Below the pieces are notes generated by a model, which did no database searches, was not told the DNA's origin, and saw only the letters and a list, made by a program, of their open reading frames with translations. Both the position numbers and the translations under genes were made by a program. A stretch of DNA of 64,000 nucleotides from Azolla caroliniana (Eukaryota > Plantae > Polypodiophyta), in NCBI GenBank assembly GCA_043228905.1, contig JBHGNT010000015.1, forward strand, positions 1,302,001-1,366,000. Reading direction: 5' to 3'. Every line of letters begins with the position of its first letter. Position 1 is the stretch's first letter. Shown piece after piece: positions 7,321 to 20,585 of this stretch.

Positions 7321-10300
7321 ATCTTGTTTCATTCACATACACAGGTTCTTCTTCATCACGAATGTTGCTTGCACTTCCGCATTGACGGCCTTGTCCCCAA
7401 CATTTGGTATCAGAGCATTGGAGGTTCTTCAACCCGTTGCCGGCCGTCATAGTACACCACACAACATTCCGTTTTTGTTTTCTTTGAAGAACAGAGAAGG
7501 GAGAAGAAAAACAAAAAGCTCACATCTCACTGTGTTAAATCACAAATTGGAGAAAACCAGTTGGTTGTACTTTGTTCCAGTGATTGTAACCGCTTGAGGG
7601 GAGCTCCTTGAGCAACAACCGACCCAATCGTGCTTCATTCGGTTAAACGACATTTGAATAGGTCATCGAACGCTATTCACTCGCTTGTTGTAACCACCCG
7701 CTGCAGATTGGTCTCCTGGCAACAACCAAATTCGTGCTTCATTGGGCTTATCGACATTCGGGAGGATCAGTTGAATCCCTCCCTCTCATCGCTGCAGTCA
7801 CCCGAAGCAGAATCGGCCCAAACAATCGGTTTCTGTAATCGGTATTCGGCATACAATCGGAAGCTAACCGGGCTCACTCCGACTCGGCAACATTTGGGAA
7901 GACCAACCGGTTCTGTCCCTCAAGTTACCGGAGTCACTCCGAGCAAGTTCAGCAACAAGTATCCGAAACCAAACCGACTCGGGTTCAAAATCGACTAGAA
8001 CGATATCGGGTGAGCCGACCGGCTGCACCCCACTAAGGTTCGTAGTCAACTCTGAACCGAGTCTTACCAACCGAAACCGAAGCAGATGACATCAACATCC
8101 GGCTCATCGGAGATGAGTCTAAGGAGGTTCGACGGTTCAAACTTCAACTTCTAGAAGGAACAAATGCAGGACTATCTCATAGTCAAGGGTCAGATAGACC
8201 CGATTGAGAATGAAAATCCTCCAGAAGCATACAAGGCAAACGAGTGGCTAAAGCTGGACATAATTGTCCGCGCCACGATTCAGATGCACTTGTCGGAGTC
8301 AGTGTACTTCATAGTACAATCATGCACGACAACTTTTGAACTTTGGAAAACACTATCGGAAACTTATGAAAAGAAGGTCGCGGCAACGAAGATGTATCTG
8401 ATCCGGCGCCTCTACAACTTGCAGATGAAAGAATCTGATTCGGTTCAGGCACACCTCAACGAGTACGAAAGCATAAGCTCCCAAATCTCGTCTCAAGGGA
8501 CGACAATCGAGGATGAACTCAGAGCAATGATACTCATGAGTAGTCTCCCCTCTTCATGGGAAACTTTCGTTACAACCGTGTGCAATGTTTCAACAGCTGC
8601 CGTTAAGTACTTTGAAGTCACGAGCGCAATCCTGATTGAAGTAGCTCGGAGAAAGTCTTTCGCCAAAGACTTGGCAGATGAAGCTTACGTAGTACAAGGT
8701 TCGACCGACCGATCGAACAACCGGGGAAGAAGTTCTTCTCGACCGCCGAACAATCAACGAAGCCGGAGCAAGTCCCGAGACAACTGAATTTGCAACTACT
8801 GCAGAAACTAGGACACATCAAAGACGACTGTCGGGCAGTCAAAGCAAAAACCGACAAAGCTCAAAGAGCGGATAAGAAGAGTAGCCGGCATGAGGAGGTC
8901 AACTACGTCGGCTCTTCAGCCGAAATTTTGACGACCGACCCGAACATATTGTCCACAAAGAACCCAGTCGAATCAGAAGTTCTGCTTACGACTGAGGAAT
9001 CGAGCACATGGCTCCTGGATTTGGGCGCATCGTATCATGTGACACCTCACCGATCTCAGTTTCGGCAATACTCGGACCGGCACTCCGACTCAGTTCAAGT
9101 CGGAAACTCGCAACACTGTGCTATAATCGGAATCGGCACCGTAGAGCTCAACCTTCCAGGTGGCTCTACACTCGTACTACACAACGTCCGACACGTTCTT
9201 GAGCTCTCAAGCCCCTTGATCTCAGTCGGACAACTTGACGAAGTTGGCATCCGTGCCGGATTCTCATAAGGAGGGTGGACACTCCACAAAGGGAACCTCC
9301 TACTTGCTCGAGGACCAAAGGTACATTCCTTGTACCCTTTATATGTCACACTCAAAGAGGGTGACCTATTTTTGGTTGATATCCCCGTGTCATCGTTATG
9401 GCACGGACGACTTGGACACCTCAGCAAGGCTGGCATAACGCACCTATCCAGAGCCGGTTACATCCCCAAACTCTCCTTCTCGGATCACCAATTCTGCGAG
9501 CATTGCCAGTACAGCAAATAGGTAGCCACATCACACCCGACATCAGCACTAAGAGAATTGAGTCCCCTCGATTTGGTCCACTCGGACGTATGTGGCCCGA
9601 TGCCACATCAGTCTCTCGGCGGTGCTTTGTACTTCGTCAGCTTTATTGATGACTCGACTCGGAAGGCGTGGGCTTACCCTATCAGAACCAAAGATTGGGT
9701 GTTCTCGATCTTCTTCGAATGGCTTGCAATGGTCGAAGATCAGACCGGTCGGAAACTGAAATGTCTCCGAACCGACAACGGAGGAGAATTCAAGTTTGAA
9801 GAATTCTTCAAATTCTGTCGGGAACGCAGCATTCGACGTGAATATACAACACCCTATAGTCCGGAGCAGAACGGAATTGCTAAACGCATGAATCGGACGA
9901 TTCAAGAACATGTAGTATCCATGCTCCTGTCGGATGGCTTCTGGGCGGAGGCTCTACTTACGATAGTACACATAATAAATATGTCCCCAAGTAGACCTCT
10001 AGGACTTCAAATACCTCAGGAAATATGGACCGGCAGTAAGCCGAATTATGACAAGCTGAGGATCTTTGGTTGTGAGGCAAACGCCCTCATACCGAAAGAC
10101 GATCGCCGGAAACTTGAACCAAGATCAAGGAAATGCGTTTTCCTTGGATATGGACCCGACGACAAGATCGGATACCAACTCTGGGACCCTGAGCATAGAC
10201 AAATCGTCCAAAGTTCGGACATCGTGTTCAATGAGTCGGCTATGCATAAAACGGCCGAAAGGCCTATTGAAGTCCGAAGGGTAATATTTTCCGAAGTGCC

Positions 10301-11090
10301 AACCCTTCATGAAGGCCCAACCCACAACACGAGATTGGTTTCACGGGTAACCGACAACTCTCGCGCCGAATCCACCGATTCGGCACAACCAAATGGCTCG
10401 GCTCCCGACCATCCGACATCGATACCTGGTGCGACTAGTCCAGTCATACCTCGCAGATCTGAGAGATTGTCGCAACCTCCGGAGAGGTACTCTCCTGGAA
10501 TTTTCTTTACCGACGCCGGCGAACCGATGTCTTACGAAGAAGCATCGGCATCTGCCGATTCAGCCACATGGCATCTGGCGATGGAGTCGGAAATGCACTC
10601 CACTCGGGCAAACAAGACTTGGAACTTGGTCGAATTACAGAAGAATCGACGTGCTCTTCCATGTATGTGGGTCTATCGACTAAAAGAGATGTCTGACTTG
10701 ACCAACCCAAAGTACAAGGCCAGATTAGTTGCGAAGGGGTTTAGACAAGAATATGGTGTCAACTTCGACGAAATCTTTTCACCAATGGTGAAAATGACGA
10801 CCATTCGTTTCATGCTCGGCGTCATGGCTGCCGACAACTTGGAGCTGATTTAGCTAGATGTAAAAACGACATTCCTCCACGGTGACCTACAAGAGGAAAT
10901 CTATATGGAGCAGCCGAAAGGCTTAGTGGCATCCGGTTAGGAACATCTAGTCTGCCGACTCAGGAAGAGTCTCTACGGCCTGAAACAAGCACCCCGACAG
11001 TGGTACAAGAAGTTTGACGACTTCATCCAATCGGTCAGCTTCTCAAAGAGCGATGAGGATCATTGTCTCTTCACCAAAACAGCTCAAGAC
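7091..11090 (+). mobile_element. Truncated Ty1/Copia element K (Tork/Tnt1-like)
   Basis: LTR part ends ...CCCCAACA at 7402; PBS TGGTATCAGAGC (tRNA-iMet) at 7405-7416; gag, protease, integrase and RT follow, breaking off at 11090. Confidence 0.9.
8086..11090 (+). pseudogene. Disrupted Copia gag-pol of element K
   Basis: RRFDGSNFNF*KEQM gag start, WLLDLGASYH protease, WHGRLGH...CEHC, VHSDVCGP / LRTDNGGEF integrase, KYKARLVAKG RT; several stops and frameshifts. Confidence 0.9.
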
Positions 11091-14000
11091 TGTGTCATCT
11101 TCATGACTGGTGCGAAAATTTCGTCAAAGTTGACACCCTTCTTCTGTTGGAAACCCTTTACCACTATGCGGCCTTTGTACCTGAGCTGGTTGTCGACTTC
11201 TCCAGTCTTCACCTTGTTAACCCATTTATTCTTGAGTGCTCTTTTACCTTTCGACAGCTCTACTAGGTCATAGGTGTAATTTGCGTGCAAGTATTCTATC
11301 TCCTCTTGCATTGCGTTCAGCCATTTTTCTCTGCTCTCGTCGGCAATGGCTTCTTTATAGCACTCCGATTCACCGTCATTAGTCAAGAGGATGTATTGAC
11401 TGGCATATGTAGTTGGTGCTTTCCTTTCTTTGAGTGGGTATCTCCTTCTCTCATCGTTGGCTCTCTTTCGGATGTCTCTACCAACTTTTCTCTTTGCTTG
11501 GGATTTTGCTCGTCAATTGGCATCACCTAGTTGGACAGCTCCAACTCATATTCATCAATTGATTTCAGCAGATTTGCCGACTCTGACTCATAGTCTGTTG
11601 GTCTTTCCAAGTTGACCGACTCAGATTCGGCTTTGTCGGCCAACTGTCTCCTTACAGCTGCCGGTGACGACACATTTGGCCTTAAGTCGATGGTAGTCGA
11701 GGTTGATTGGGGAGTCGGTTCCGACTTTTGTTGCTTCCAATCTTCAATTGTCTTATCTTCAAGAAAGACGATGTCCCAACTTCTTACTACCTTCTTGTCG
11801 ACTAAGTCCCACAACCTGTAACCGAATTCATCTTCTGAGTATCCCATGAATATGCATGCTTTTGACTTGCTGTCGACCTTTGACCTCTGATCCTTTGGTA
11901 CATGCATATATGCCAAACATCCAAACACCCTCAGGTGTTGGTAGGAGACATCCTTCCTTGTCCACACCCTCTGTGGGACATCACCCTTTAATGGCACCGC
12001 GGGAGACCTGTTGATCAGGTAAACAACTGTGTACATCGCCTCAACCCAATAGGATTTCGACAATTTTGCATGGGAGAGCATGCTCCTTACCAAGGTTGTT
12101 AGGTACGGTACAGATACCATACGTATTTAACGTATTAATACCCGTATAGTACCTCCCAATTTAAAAATACGTTAAATAAGTTTACTTAATATGTTAAATA
12201 CTTATAAAATACGTAAAATATGTATTTTACGTATAGTACGTTAAATACTTCTAGAATTTGAAAATTATTTACCTTTCTAAAAAATATCTATAATATTGTA
12301 AAAATCATCTATGTTTACACAATTTTGTGATGTACAATATAGTTCTACATCCTAAAATGCATATAAGACATTTGAACATTTCACATCCTAAAATACTTGT
12401 AGTAATATGGATGTCGACATTCCCTTATTCTATAAATCAGTGTAAGTGTATCACGATGTTCTACTTCAAATTGTAATTATTTACAATTATGCCTTCATAG
12501 ATTGAGGAATCGTCTACGATTATCACGCTCATTATAGGTTTCTCTTTTCTTTGTTTTCTTCTTCTTCTTCTTCTATCTTCTGCGATTATCACACTCAAGA
12601 CAGGTTTGTCTTCTTTTCTCTCTTCTTCTTCTTCATCTTCTTCATCATCGTCTCTTTTATTCTTCTTTCTTCCTTCCTTTGGCTTCTTTTTCACTAAAAT
12701 CTTTTTTTTCTTTTTCTTTTTGTTAGGGTTTTACTTACATTTTCTTTATAAATACCTATTATACCTGTTTTTTTATAAATACGTTAAATACCGTATTGGA
12801 CAAACGTAAATGATATTTGACTGAACAACATTGAGGTATAGTACGTACTATACAAATGATGAGGTACTATACGTATTTAAATGTTAAATACGGGTACGTA
12901 AACAACCATGCTCCTTACTCTCTCCATGATTGTTCGATTCATCCTCTCTGCAAGCCCGTTTAATTTTGGGTTCTTTGGCACTATGTATTCGATTCGAATA
13001 CCTTGGCACTTGCAGTATTCCTCGAACTGCCCTCTGTACTCGCCACCGTTGTCGGTTCGGACAACCTTCAGTTTCCGACCCGACTCTCTTTTAGCTCTTG
13101 CCTGGAACTCCTTGAAAACCAACAGTACTTGATCCTTCGTCTTCAGTACGAAGGCCCATGTCTTCTGACTATGGTCGTCAATGAATGTCACGAAGTATTG
13201 TCCACCTCGATGTGATGGAGCATCCACATAGCACACATCCGTGTGCACTAGTTCCAATGTAGCTTCTCTTCTTCTTGGTGGTCTTGTGTGGAATGCCACC
13301 CTGTTTTACTTTTCGGCTAAGCAGTCGACACACTTCTCTAGGTGCACACCCTTGACTTCTGGTAGAAGTTTTTGGTCGGCTAGCAGGTGCATTCCCTTCT
13401 CACTCATGTCGCCTAGCCTCTTATGCCATATTTCCCCTGCTAAGTCGGCTGCCACATTTACTTCTGATTTGCACAGTCGGGCATGCATCATATACAATGT
13501 GCCTTCTTTCTGTGCTCGAGCCACTATGAGACTTCCTCGGTAGAACTTCCACTTGCCATTCCAAAAACTACCACTGTAGCCTTCGTCGTCAAGTCTTCCA
13601 GTCGATATCAGATTCGGTCTGATATCGGGGACATGTCGAACATCCTTCAACGTTAGTCGACACCCTGTCGACATCGTCAAGCACACACTTCCGACTCCGG
13701 TTATCTTGTATTCTCCACTATCACCCATCTTTACATAGCCATGATCCCCGGCTATGTAAGTCGAGAAATACTCTCTCGACGGAGTAATATGGAAGGATGC
13801 GCCGGAATCGATCACCCAAGTGCACTCTTCACTCGCGAGATTTGCACTTGTCTGTTCACAAATGAATAGAAGTTCTTCATTGCTTGTAGCAATGGCCGAA
13901 GTGTTTTTATCATCCGGAATCTTCTGGGGTTCGACATTGTTTCCGACACACTTATCTTTCTTCATGTGTCGGTAGTCCTTTTGGAAGTGTCCAGGTTTTC

Positions 14001-14962
14001 CACAATAAAAGCACATTGGCTTACCTCTGGACTTCGATCTGGCATGGGATTTGTCCGTTCGTTATGGACTTCTTCTTCACCGGTCCCTTCCTCTGTCTGT
14101 GTGTTGAGTCAGATTCGACTCAGTTTGGGACACTTACATCAACGCATTGTCGGATAGTAGCCACCGCCTTTCTATTCAGAAGCTTCCAGTTCGACTCCAA
14201 TACCCCCCTGGGTATTTCTGCTTTGTCGACTGGCTTGTACAGATCTTTAACTATGAGAAGGTCTTCCATCTTGATCTTCCAGTCTGCATAGTTCTGTTGT
14301 GAGTTGAGAACTATCATACCTGGGAAACCGCTTACACCTCCTTCCATGCTTGCAACTCAAAGATCTGATACCAATTGTCGAGAAATCGTTGTGGAATTTA
14401 AATCACAATGAACAGACGATGCTGAAATACGAATCACACAGACAACTATGCACAGAGATTTACGTGGAAATCCTAAAATGGGAGAAAACCACGGGAATAG
14501 ATCTTCACTATGGATAGTGGATATAAAACAACATAGAGGATTACAGCACTCTTACGAGTGGATCAGCTACACAGGGCTCTTCGTGTCTACTGTTACTCAC
14601 ACAACTATGGTGCAGCTCACACACCTCTCTCTCACTTTGCACACACGCACAATTATGTTCTCTTCTATCTTCTACATCTTAAAGTTTGCCCTAGTTGCAT
14701 ATATATTTACACAACTTTCTGGCCATTTACATACCTAGCCCTCATGGGGCACACATTGAGACTATTTGCAAGTATAGTCTCCCGAGTTGGCTATATACAC
14801 AATTTTGGTTTCTCTCTCCCCATCCGGAGTGATCTGTTTCCTAACATCATCATTATTATTACCATAATAATAATAACAGTCGAATTTTCAAATAGTCGAA
14901 TCACTGTTTTCGACCCTTCGACAGTCGGCTCTTCCTCCCACTGGAGGGACATATTCCCAACA
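11091..14962 (-). mobile_element. Truncated Ty1/Copia element B (Tork/Tnt1-like) with 5' LTR 14376-14962
   Basis: LTR TGTCGAGAAAT...ATTCCCAACA; PBS TGGTATCAGATCT at 14361-14373; gag internally deleted near 14125; WVIDSGASFH, VHTDVC, RTDNGGEY; RT N-terminus cut at about 11091. Confidence 0.9.
12091..12910. mobile_element. Non-autonomous hAT-type DNA transposon / MITE (820 bp)
   Basis: 8-bp TSD CTCCTTAC at 12083-12090 and 12911-12918; TIR CAAGGTTGTT / AACAACCATG; AT-rich with TACGTA/ACGTATTT subterminal motifs; removing it restores the integrase peptide MERVRSMLSHAK. Confidence 0.88.
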
Positions 14963-17900
14963 AAATATGCCTACGTACTAGGCTGGATCCGTAGGCCTCT
15001 AACGGCCTACCCGTTTCAATCTGATCCGGCTCCTGGTTCCGGATATCATCCGGACACCGATCCAGTTCTATGTTTCGGATACCGATCTAGCTCTGGCTTA
15101 TTCAGCCGATCCAGATCCGGTTGAGCTTGTTCACTCAACACTCCCCCTCAAGCTCAACTTGAGGTTGGATCGTGGTGTTAGTTTCTGTGGTAGCCATTTC
15201 TTCCGTCCGACTCCTTCTAGCGTCCTCTCGCCTTACTCGCACTCCTCATTCGGTCCGGTTCCGCTTCCCGCTACCCTTCTGTTTCCGCGCACCTCAACCT
15301 CCTTGGTCGGCTTGTCTACTCAACAAGCCCATCTCAGCTCCTTCGCTGCTTGTGGACCCATTGGTTCCTCCGTTTCGGTGTCGACTTCCGCTGCCTTCTC
15401 GTCTGCTTGGCCTTTAGTTGATCCAACTCCTCCGAATTTTGAACCAAATCGGCTTCCTCCGATTCGTTCCAGCTCCTGTCCGAGTTGGTAGTCTCCAACT
15501 CGTCTTCCAATTTTAGGCCCTTCACCACATCGGACAACGTTCAAGTCTTGGCCTTCTTTCGATTGGCTCTATCTTTCTTGACTCTGCCACCGCTGCCGCT
15601 TGCTCCGACTTGTCCGGATGTGCTGACTCCTTCGGTCAGCTTGTCTTCCTCTACCTGCTCATCTTCCCCCTTGGTTCTTGCTTCCTCTCTGGCTCCTTGT
15701 CCGGTGCCATCCGTTCCCGTTCATGTTCTCCCCATTAAGTGCGGCACATCGAGATGCTGGACGCCGAGGATCTCCGAAAAATGTTGCAACTTGTCTGATC
15801 CGAGCGGCTTGGTGAAGATGTCGGCAACCTGCCGATCCGTGTGAACATACCGAAGTTCAACTTCACCGCTCAAAACCCGCTCACGAACAAAGTAATAATG
15901 CACTTCTATGGAATACAGGGTTCTTGTCCGAGCATGGAATACAAGGTTCTTGGCGAGCGGTATGCTGCTTACGTTGTCATAGTAGATCAGGATTGGGGTC
16001 AGCACCTCGATCCAGAGGTCTTGTAGTAGTCGCCGAAGCTAGATGGCTTCACAGGTGTCAATGGTAGCGTCCCGGTATTCAACCTCAGTGCTCGACGAAG
16101 CCACTGTTGGTTGCTTTTTGTTGCTCCATGCAACAATCGCGCTACCAAGAGAAAACATGTAACCGGAGGTGGATCGGAGGTCCGATGCATCACCAGCCCA
16201 ATCGGCATCGGTATATCCAACCAACTTCCCAGCTATACCGTGTCGATATAACAGTCCCTGGGCCTTCGTGCCGCTCACATATTGCAATAGTCGATACGTG
16301 CACTGAAGGTGCTCCACGGTCGACTTCTGCATAAACTGGCTAATCACCCCGACTGGATAACTGATGTTGGGTCGGGTGATTGTCAAGTATATAAGGCTTC
16401 CGACAATTTGTCGAAACCATTTCTCATCGCAGGTCGGGGAGGAGTCGGGACGTAGGTTCAGGTTCAGGTCCAGGGGTGTGGAGATCGGTCGACATTCCGT
16501 CATGCCGAACTTGGACAACATATTCAACACATAGTGTCTTTGTGAGAGGAATATGCCATTGGGGGTCCGGATCACCTCGATCCCAAGAAAATAATGAAGG
16601 TCCCCCAGGTCCTTCATTTCAAATGCGTTCGACAGTTGGGACTTCACTCGGCCGATTTCATCGAGTCCGGGTCCGGTGATGACTAAATCATCTACATAAA
16701 GCAAAATGCAAACCGGACCATCTAAACCGTTCCGGATGAACAATGAAGAGTCGGACTTAGAGGCCACAAACCCCATCTTACGCAACCGGTGAGTGATCTT
16801 TGCATTCCAAGCTCGGGGGGCTTGTTTCAAACCGTAAAGCAATTTCTTGAGTCGACACACTACCGACTTGTTCATCTTCGATTGGAAACCGGGGGGTTGG
16901 ATCATGTAGACTCGTTCTTCAAGATCACCTTGAAGAAATGCATTCTTCACATCCATTTGGTGAAGATGTCATCCCCTTGTCGCAGCAATAGCCGGTACCA
17001 CACGAACCATCGTCATCTTCGCTACCGGAGCGAAGGTCTCATTGTAGTTGATTCCATGGGTTTGTGCGTATCCCTTTGCCACTAACCACGCCTTGTACCG
17101 GTTGACCGAACCGTCGGCGTTGTATTTTACCTTGTACACCCACTTACATCCGATCAGTTTACACTGTCGGGGTGGGTCAACCAGGACCCATGTGTCATTG
17201 GCATCAAGTGTCTGCATTTCTTCCTCCATAACAGCACGCCAATTTGTGTCTTTTGTTGCTTTTGCGTAGCTCTCCGGCTCACGCAGTTCCGCCACCTTAG
17301 TCATGTATGCATAGTGATGCGCCATGTACTCATTATACCCGTACCTCTTGATAAGGTTCTTCTGGCGGGTTGACCGGCGTAACTTGTCATTACCCGGTTT
17401 GAGGCCCTTCTTGGTTGGTTCAGACTTCCTTTCTGAAGATCCACATTCTTCCTTTCCGGGGTCAGATTCGCTCCGATCCGACCCTTCACTGCCGGTATCG
17501 TATTCCGACATCTTCTTCTTCCCCGTCTCTTTGTGTGTGAACCATCTCCTTGGTTCCTTGCGCGGGGAGAGCACGATAGAGTCTCCACTACTCGTCGGTT
17601 CTTCATCCGACTGGTCATCCCGACTTAGCCGCTCATTTGGTCCACTTAGCCGGAATGAGATCAGACTCTCATCTAGAGTACTGAAGTCTTCATCTTCTAC
17701 CTGAACCTCCTCGGGCTCACTAGCCTCATCTTTTGGAATCGATTCGGAGTCGGAGGTTGGAGTCGGTAGAGAGTACCATGATGCCGACTCATCAAACTCG
17801 ACATCTCGGCTTACTCGGACCTCCTTAGTCCGGGGGTTATAACACTTATACCTCTTCTGCTCATGTGAGTAACCGGACTAGGATGCACTTCTCCGACTTC

Positions 17901-20585
17901 GGATCTAGCTTCTTCCGCTTCTCATCCGGTACATGCACATATGCCATGCTACCGAATATTCGAAGGTGCCTCAAATTCGGCTTGCGCCCGAAAGACAGCT
18001 CGTGTGCAGACACCTTGTCTCCGATCCGGTTTTGGATGTAGACGGCCATCCAAATCGCCTCAACCTAGTAGAATTTGGGTATGCTCTTCTCCTCTAGCAT
18101 TGCCCTTGCCGCGTCGACAATCGACCGATTCTTTCTCTCGGCCACACCGTTTTGTTCTAGTGTGTATTGATAGCTAAATTCTCTCCAAATTGCGTTCTGC
18201 TACAGATAATAGTTGAATTGGCCGGAAAAGTATTCTTTTCTGTCATCCGATTGTAGGCACTTGATCTTCCTCTCCATTTACTTCTTGACTAAGCTTTGAA
18301 GGTTTCAGAAACAATCGAAGACTTCGCTTTTCTTATCGACGAGGTAGATCCACGTGTGCCGGCTGTAGTCGTCGATGAAGGAGATGAAATACTAACTCCC
18401 GCCAAGACTAACGTTCTGTGTCGGTCCCCATACATCCGAATGGATTAGATCGAGCTTGTTATGGCTTTGGTTCCATTCAGTGGGGAATGGAAGCTGGTGT
18501 TGCTTCCCGAGTTGACAGGCTTCACATATTTGGGCCTTCTGGCCACTAAACTTCGGTAATCCGAACACAACTTGTTTCGATTGCAGATTTTGAAGCCTCT
18601 GGTAGTTGACGTGGCCAATCCACTTATGCCAGAGATCGATGTCCGATTCAATCTTCTGTCCTTTGGCAAACATGGCATTGCCGACGTCATTTGTGTTGAG
18701 GATGAACATCCTCCCTTCTTTGCGCCCTTGTGCGATTATCCGGCCTTCTTCCTCGATGAAGCACCCGAGGTGCGTAAACCGCACCTGCATTCCCTGGTCG
18801 ACGATTTGTCCAACCGACACCAGGTTCGTTGTGATTGTCGAGACGTGTAGTACGTTCATTAACTTTCCCTTTTGTCCTACATGGCTTAAAGGGACTTCTC
18901 CGACATGCACAATTGGGTGAGGGGTGTCTTCTCCGGTTTCAACAATCCTCGGTTGTTCCGGTTTCTCTAAGAACGAGAACCACTCTTCATGGCTCGTCAT
19001 ATGGTTAGATGCTCTGGAATCAATGTACCACACTTCCTCCGGTCCGGAAGTGGTCTTCTTCATCGAGTTGGCCTTATGCTTCATCACAAAGGTTGGCCCC
19101 TTTCCGGTTTTCCCGGTTCCGGATCCTTTCGATCCTTCAGCGTAGTGCGAGCTTTGTCGGTTCCCTTGTCCGGCCTTGCCAAATCTGGATTTATCCGAAT
19201 CGGCATGCTTCTTCCAACACTTGCTCTCTCTATGGCCTTTCTTGCCACAGTACCAACATTCCGTGTCGGTTTTCAACTACCGGTTTCTGGCTCCGACTTG
19301 ACTCCCCCTGCTTGTGGAGGGTCCGGAATTGTTGTCGGCATAGTCTTTGTGCCTTCGGTTCTGCTCTTGCCAGCCGCCTCCATTGCATGCCGACCCACCT
19401 CGTCCTCCACGCCCACAGGGTCGATCCACCTCTGTGTACAACATTCAGCTGTCCAATTGAGTGGTCCTTGACCCACTCGCGTGGTTTTCTTCGACCATCA
19501 ACATTGATTGTAAGTCGAAGAAGGACGGTGGTTTCTCCCGGGTGCATATTGCCGTCCGGATTGGGCCGTACCGTTATGCTAGACCACCGAGATAGATTTG
19601 GACCATCTCATTGATGGACCCGAGTGCATCACAAATCTCCTTTATCTTAGTGGTGTAGTCCATAACGGACATATCTCTTTGTTAGATGTTGTTGAGCTCC
19701 TATCGGAGCTGCAACTTGCGGGATGTGGTACTCACGGCGAAAATCTTCCGAAGATTTTCCCAGGCCTCCTTTGGTGTTTTTGCATCCTTGATGTAGCCGA
19801 GCATCTGATCGTGCACACCGGACACGAGGCAGTACAATACTCGGCTCGCTCATTGCTCCCATGCCAGGAAGTCTTTGTGTGCCGGCTCTGGTGCAAACTC
19901 GTTGATTCCTTCCACATAGCTCCAATATCCATGCCCCAACAGGTACTGGTGCATTTTATATAACCAGGATGCATAGTTGCTCCGATCGAGCTTTTTTGTT
20001 AGAAGTGAACTTGTCATTCCTCTGTCCATCTTAGCTTTTCTTCTGATCTTCATTGGGTCTTAGGGTTTGTCTTCACTAGTCGCTCGTCGGTTGCAGAGGT
20101 TCTCAACCCTCGCACTTTGATACCATGTGAACATTAGCGTGCGGAAGCGTATGCCAAACCAGCTCTGCCGGATAGTAATAGTAAAGAGAAGAAGTTTTAA
20201 TGGAAGCCTAACATAGAGAATAAGCATACACAGGAGAGAGAGAGAGAGAGAGCAAAACATAAACATGACTCAATTCAAAATTAATACTCTCAATTTTTTG
20301 TACATAGAATGTGCTCAGAAAGCACTTTTATACAAGTCCATAAAGGACTGACAAAATTACTGTCAAGTACTTCAATGCTCATACGAGCGACTGTCACTGA
20401 CTCCCAAAAATATGCTTACGTACTAGGCTTGATCTGTAGGCCTCTAACAGCCTACCGGTTTCAATCCGATCCAGCTCCTGGTTCCTGATATCATCTGGAC
20501 ACCAATCCGGTTCTCCGTTCCGGATACGGATCCGGCTTTGGCTTATTCAGCCGATCCAGATCCGGTTGAGCTTACTAGCTCAACA
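14963..20585 (-). mobile_element. Decayed Ty1/Copia element C; 5' LTR 20126-20585, 3' LTR remnant 14963-15140 (interrupted by B)
   Basis: 14963-15140 matches 20408-20585; PBS TGGTATCAAAGTGC abuts the LTR at 20112-20125; PPT AGGGGGAG at 15141-15148; KLDRSNYASW gag, WYIDSRASNH, IHSDVWGP, LYVDDL RT, GYTDADWAG RNase H. Confidence 0.93.

Noticed and set aside
12461-12809. Poly-Glu/Lys and poly-Ser/Phe ORFs
   Set aside because: Translations of the TTC-rich core of the MITE
12079-12918. 12-bp TSD CATGCTCCTTAC
   Set aside because: The right-hand CATG is better explained as the TIR end mirroring CAAG; an 8-bp TSD fits hAT and also restores the host frame
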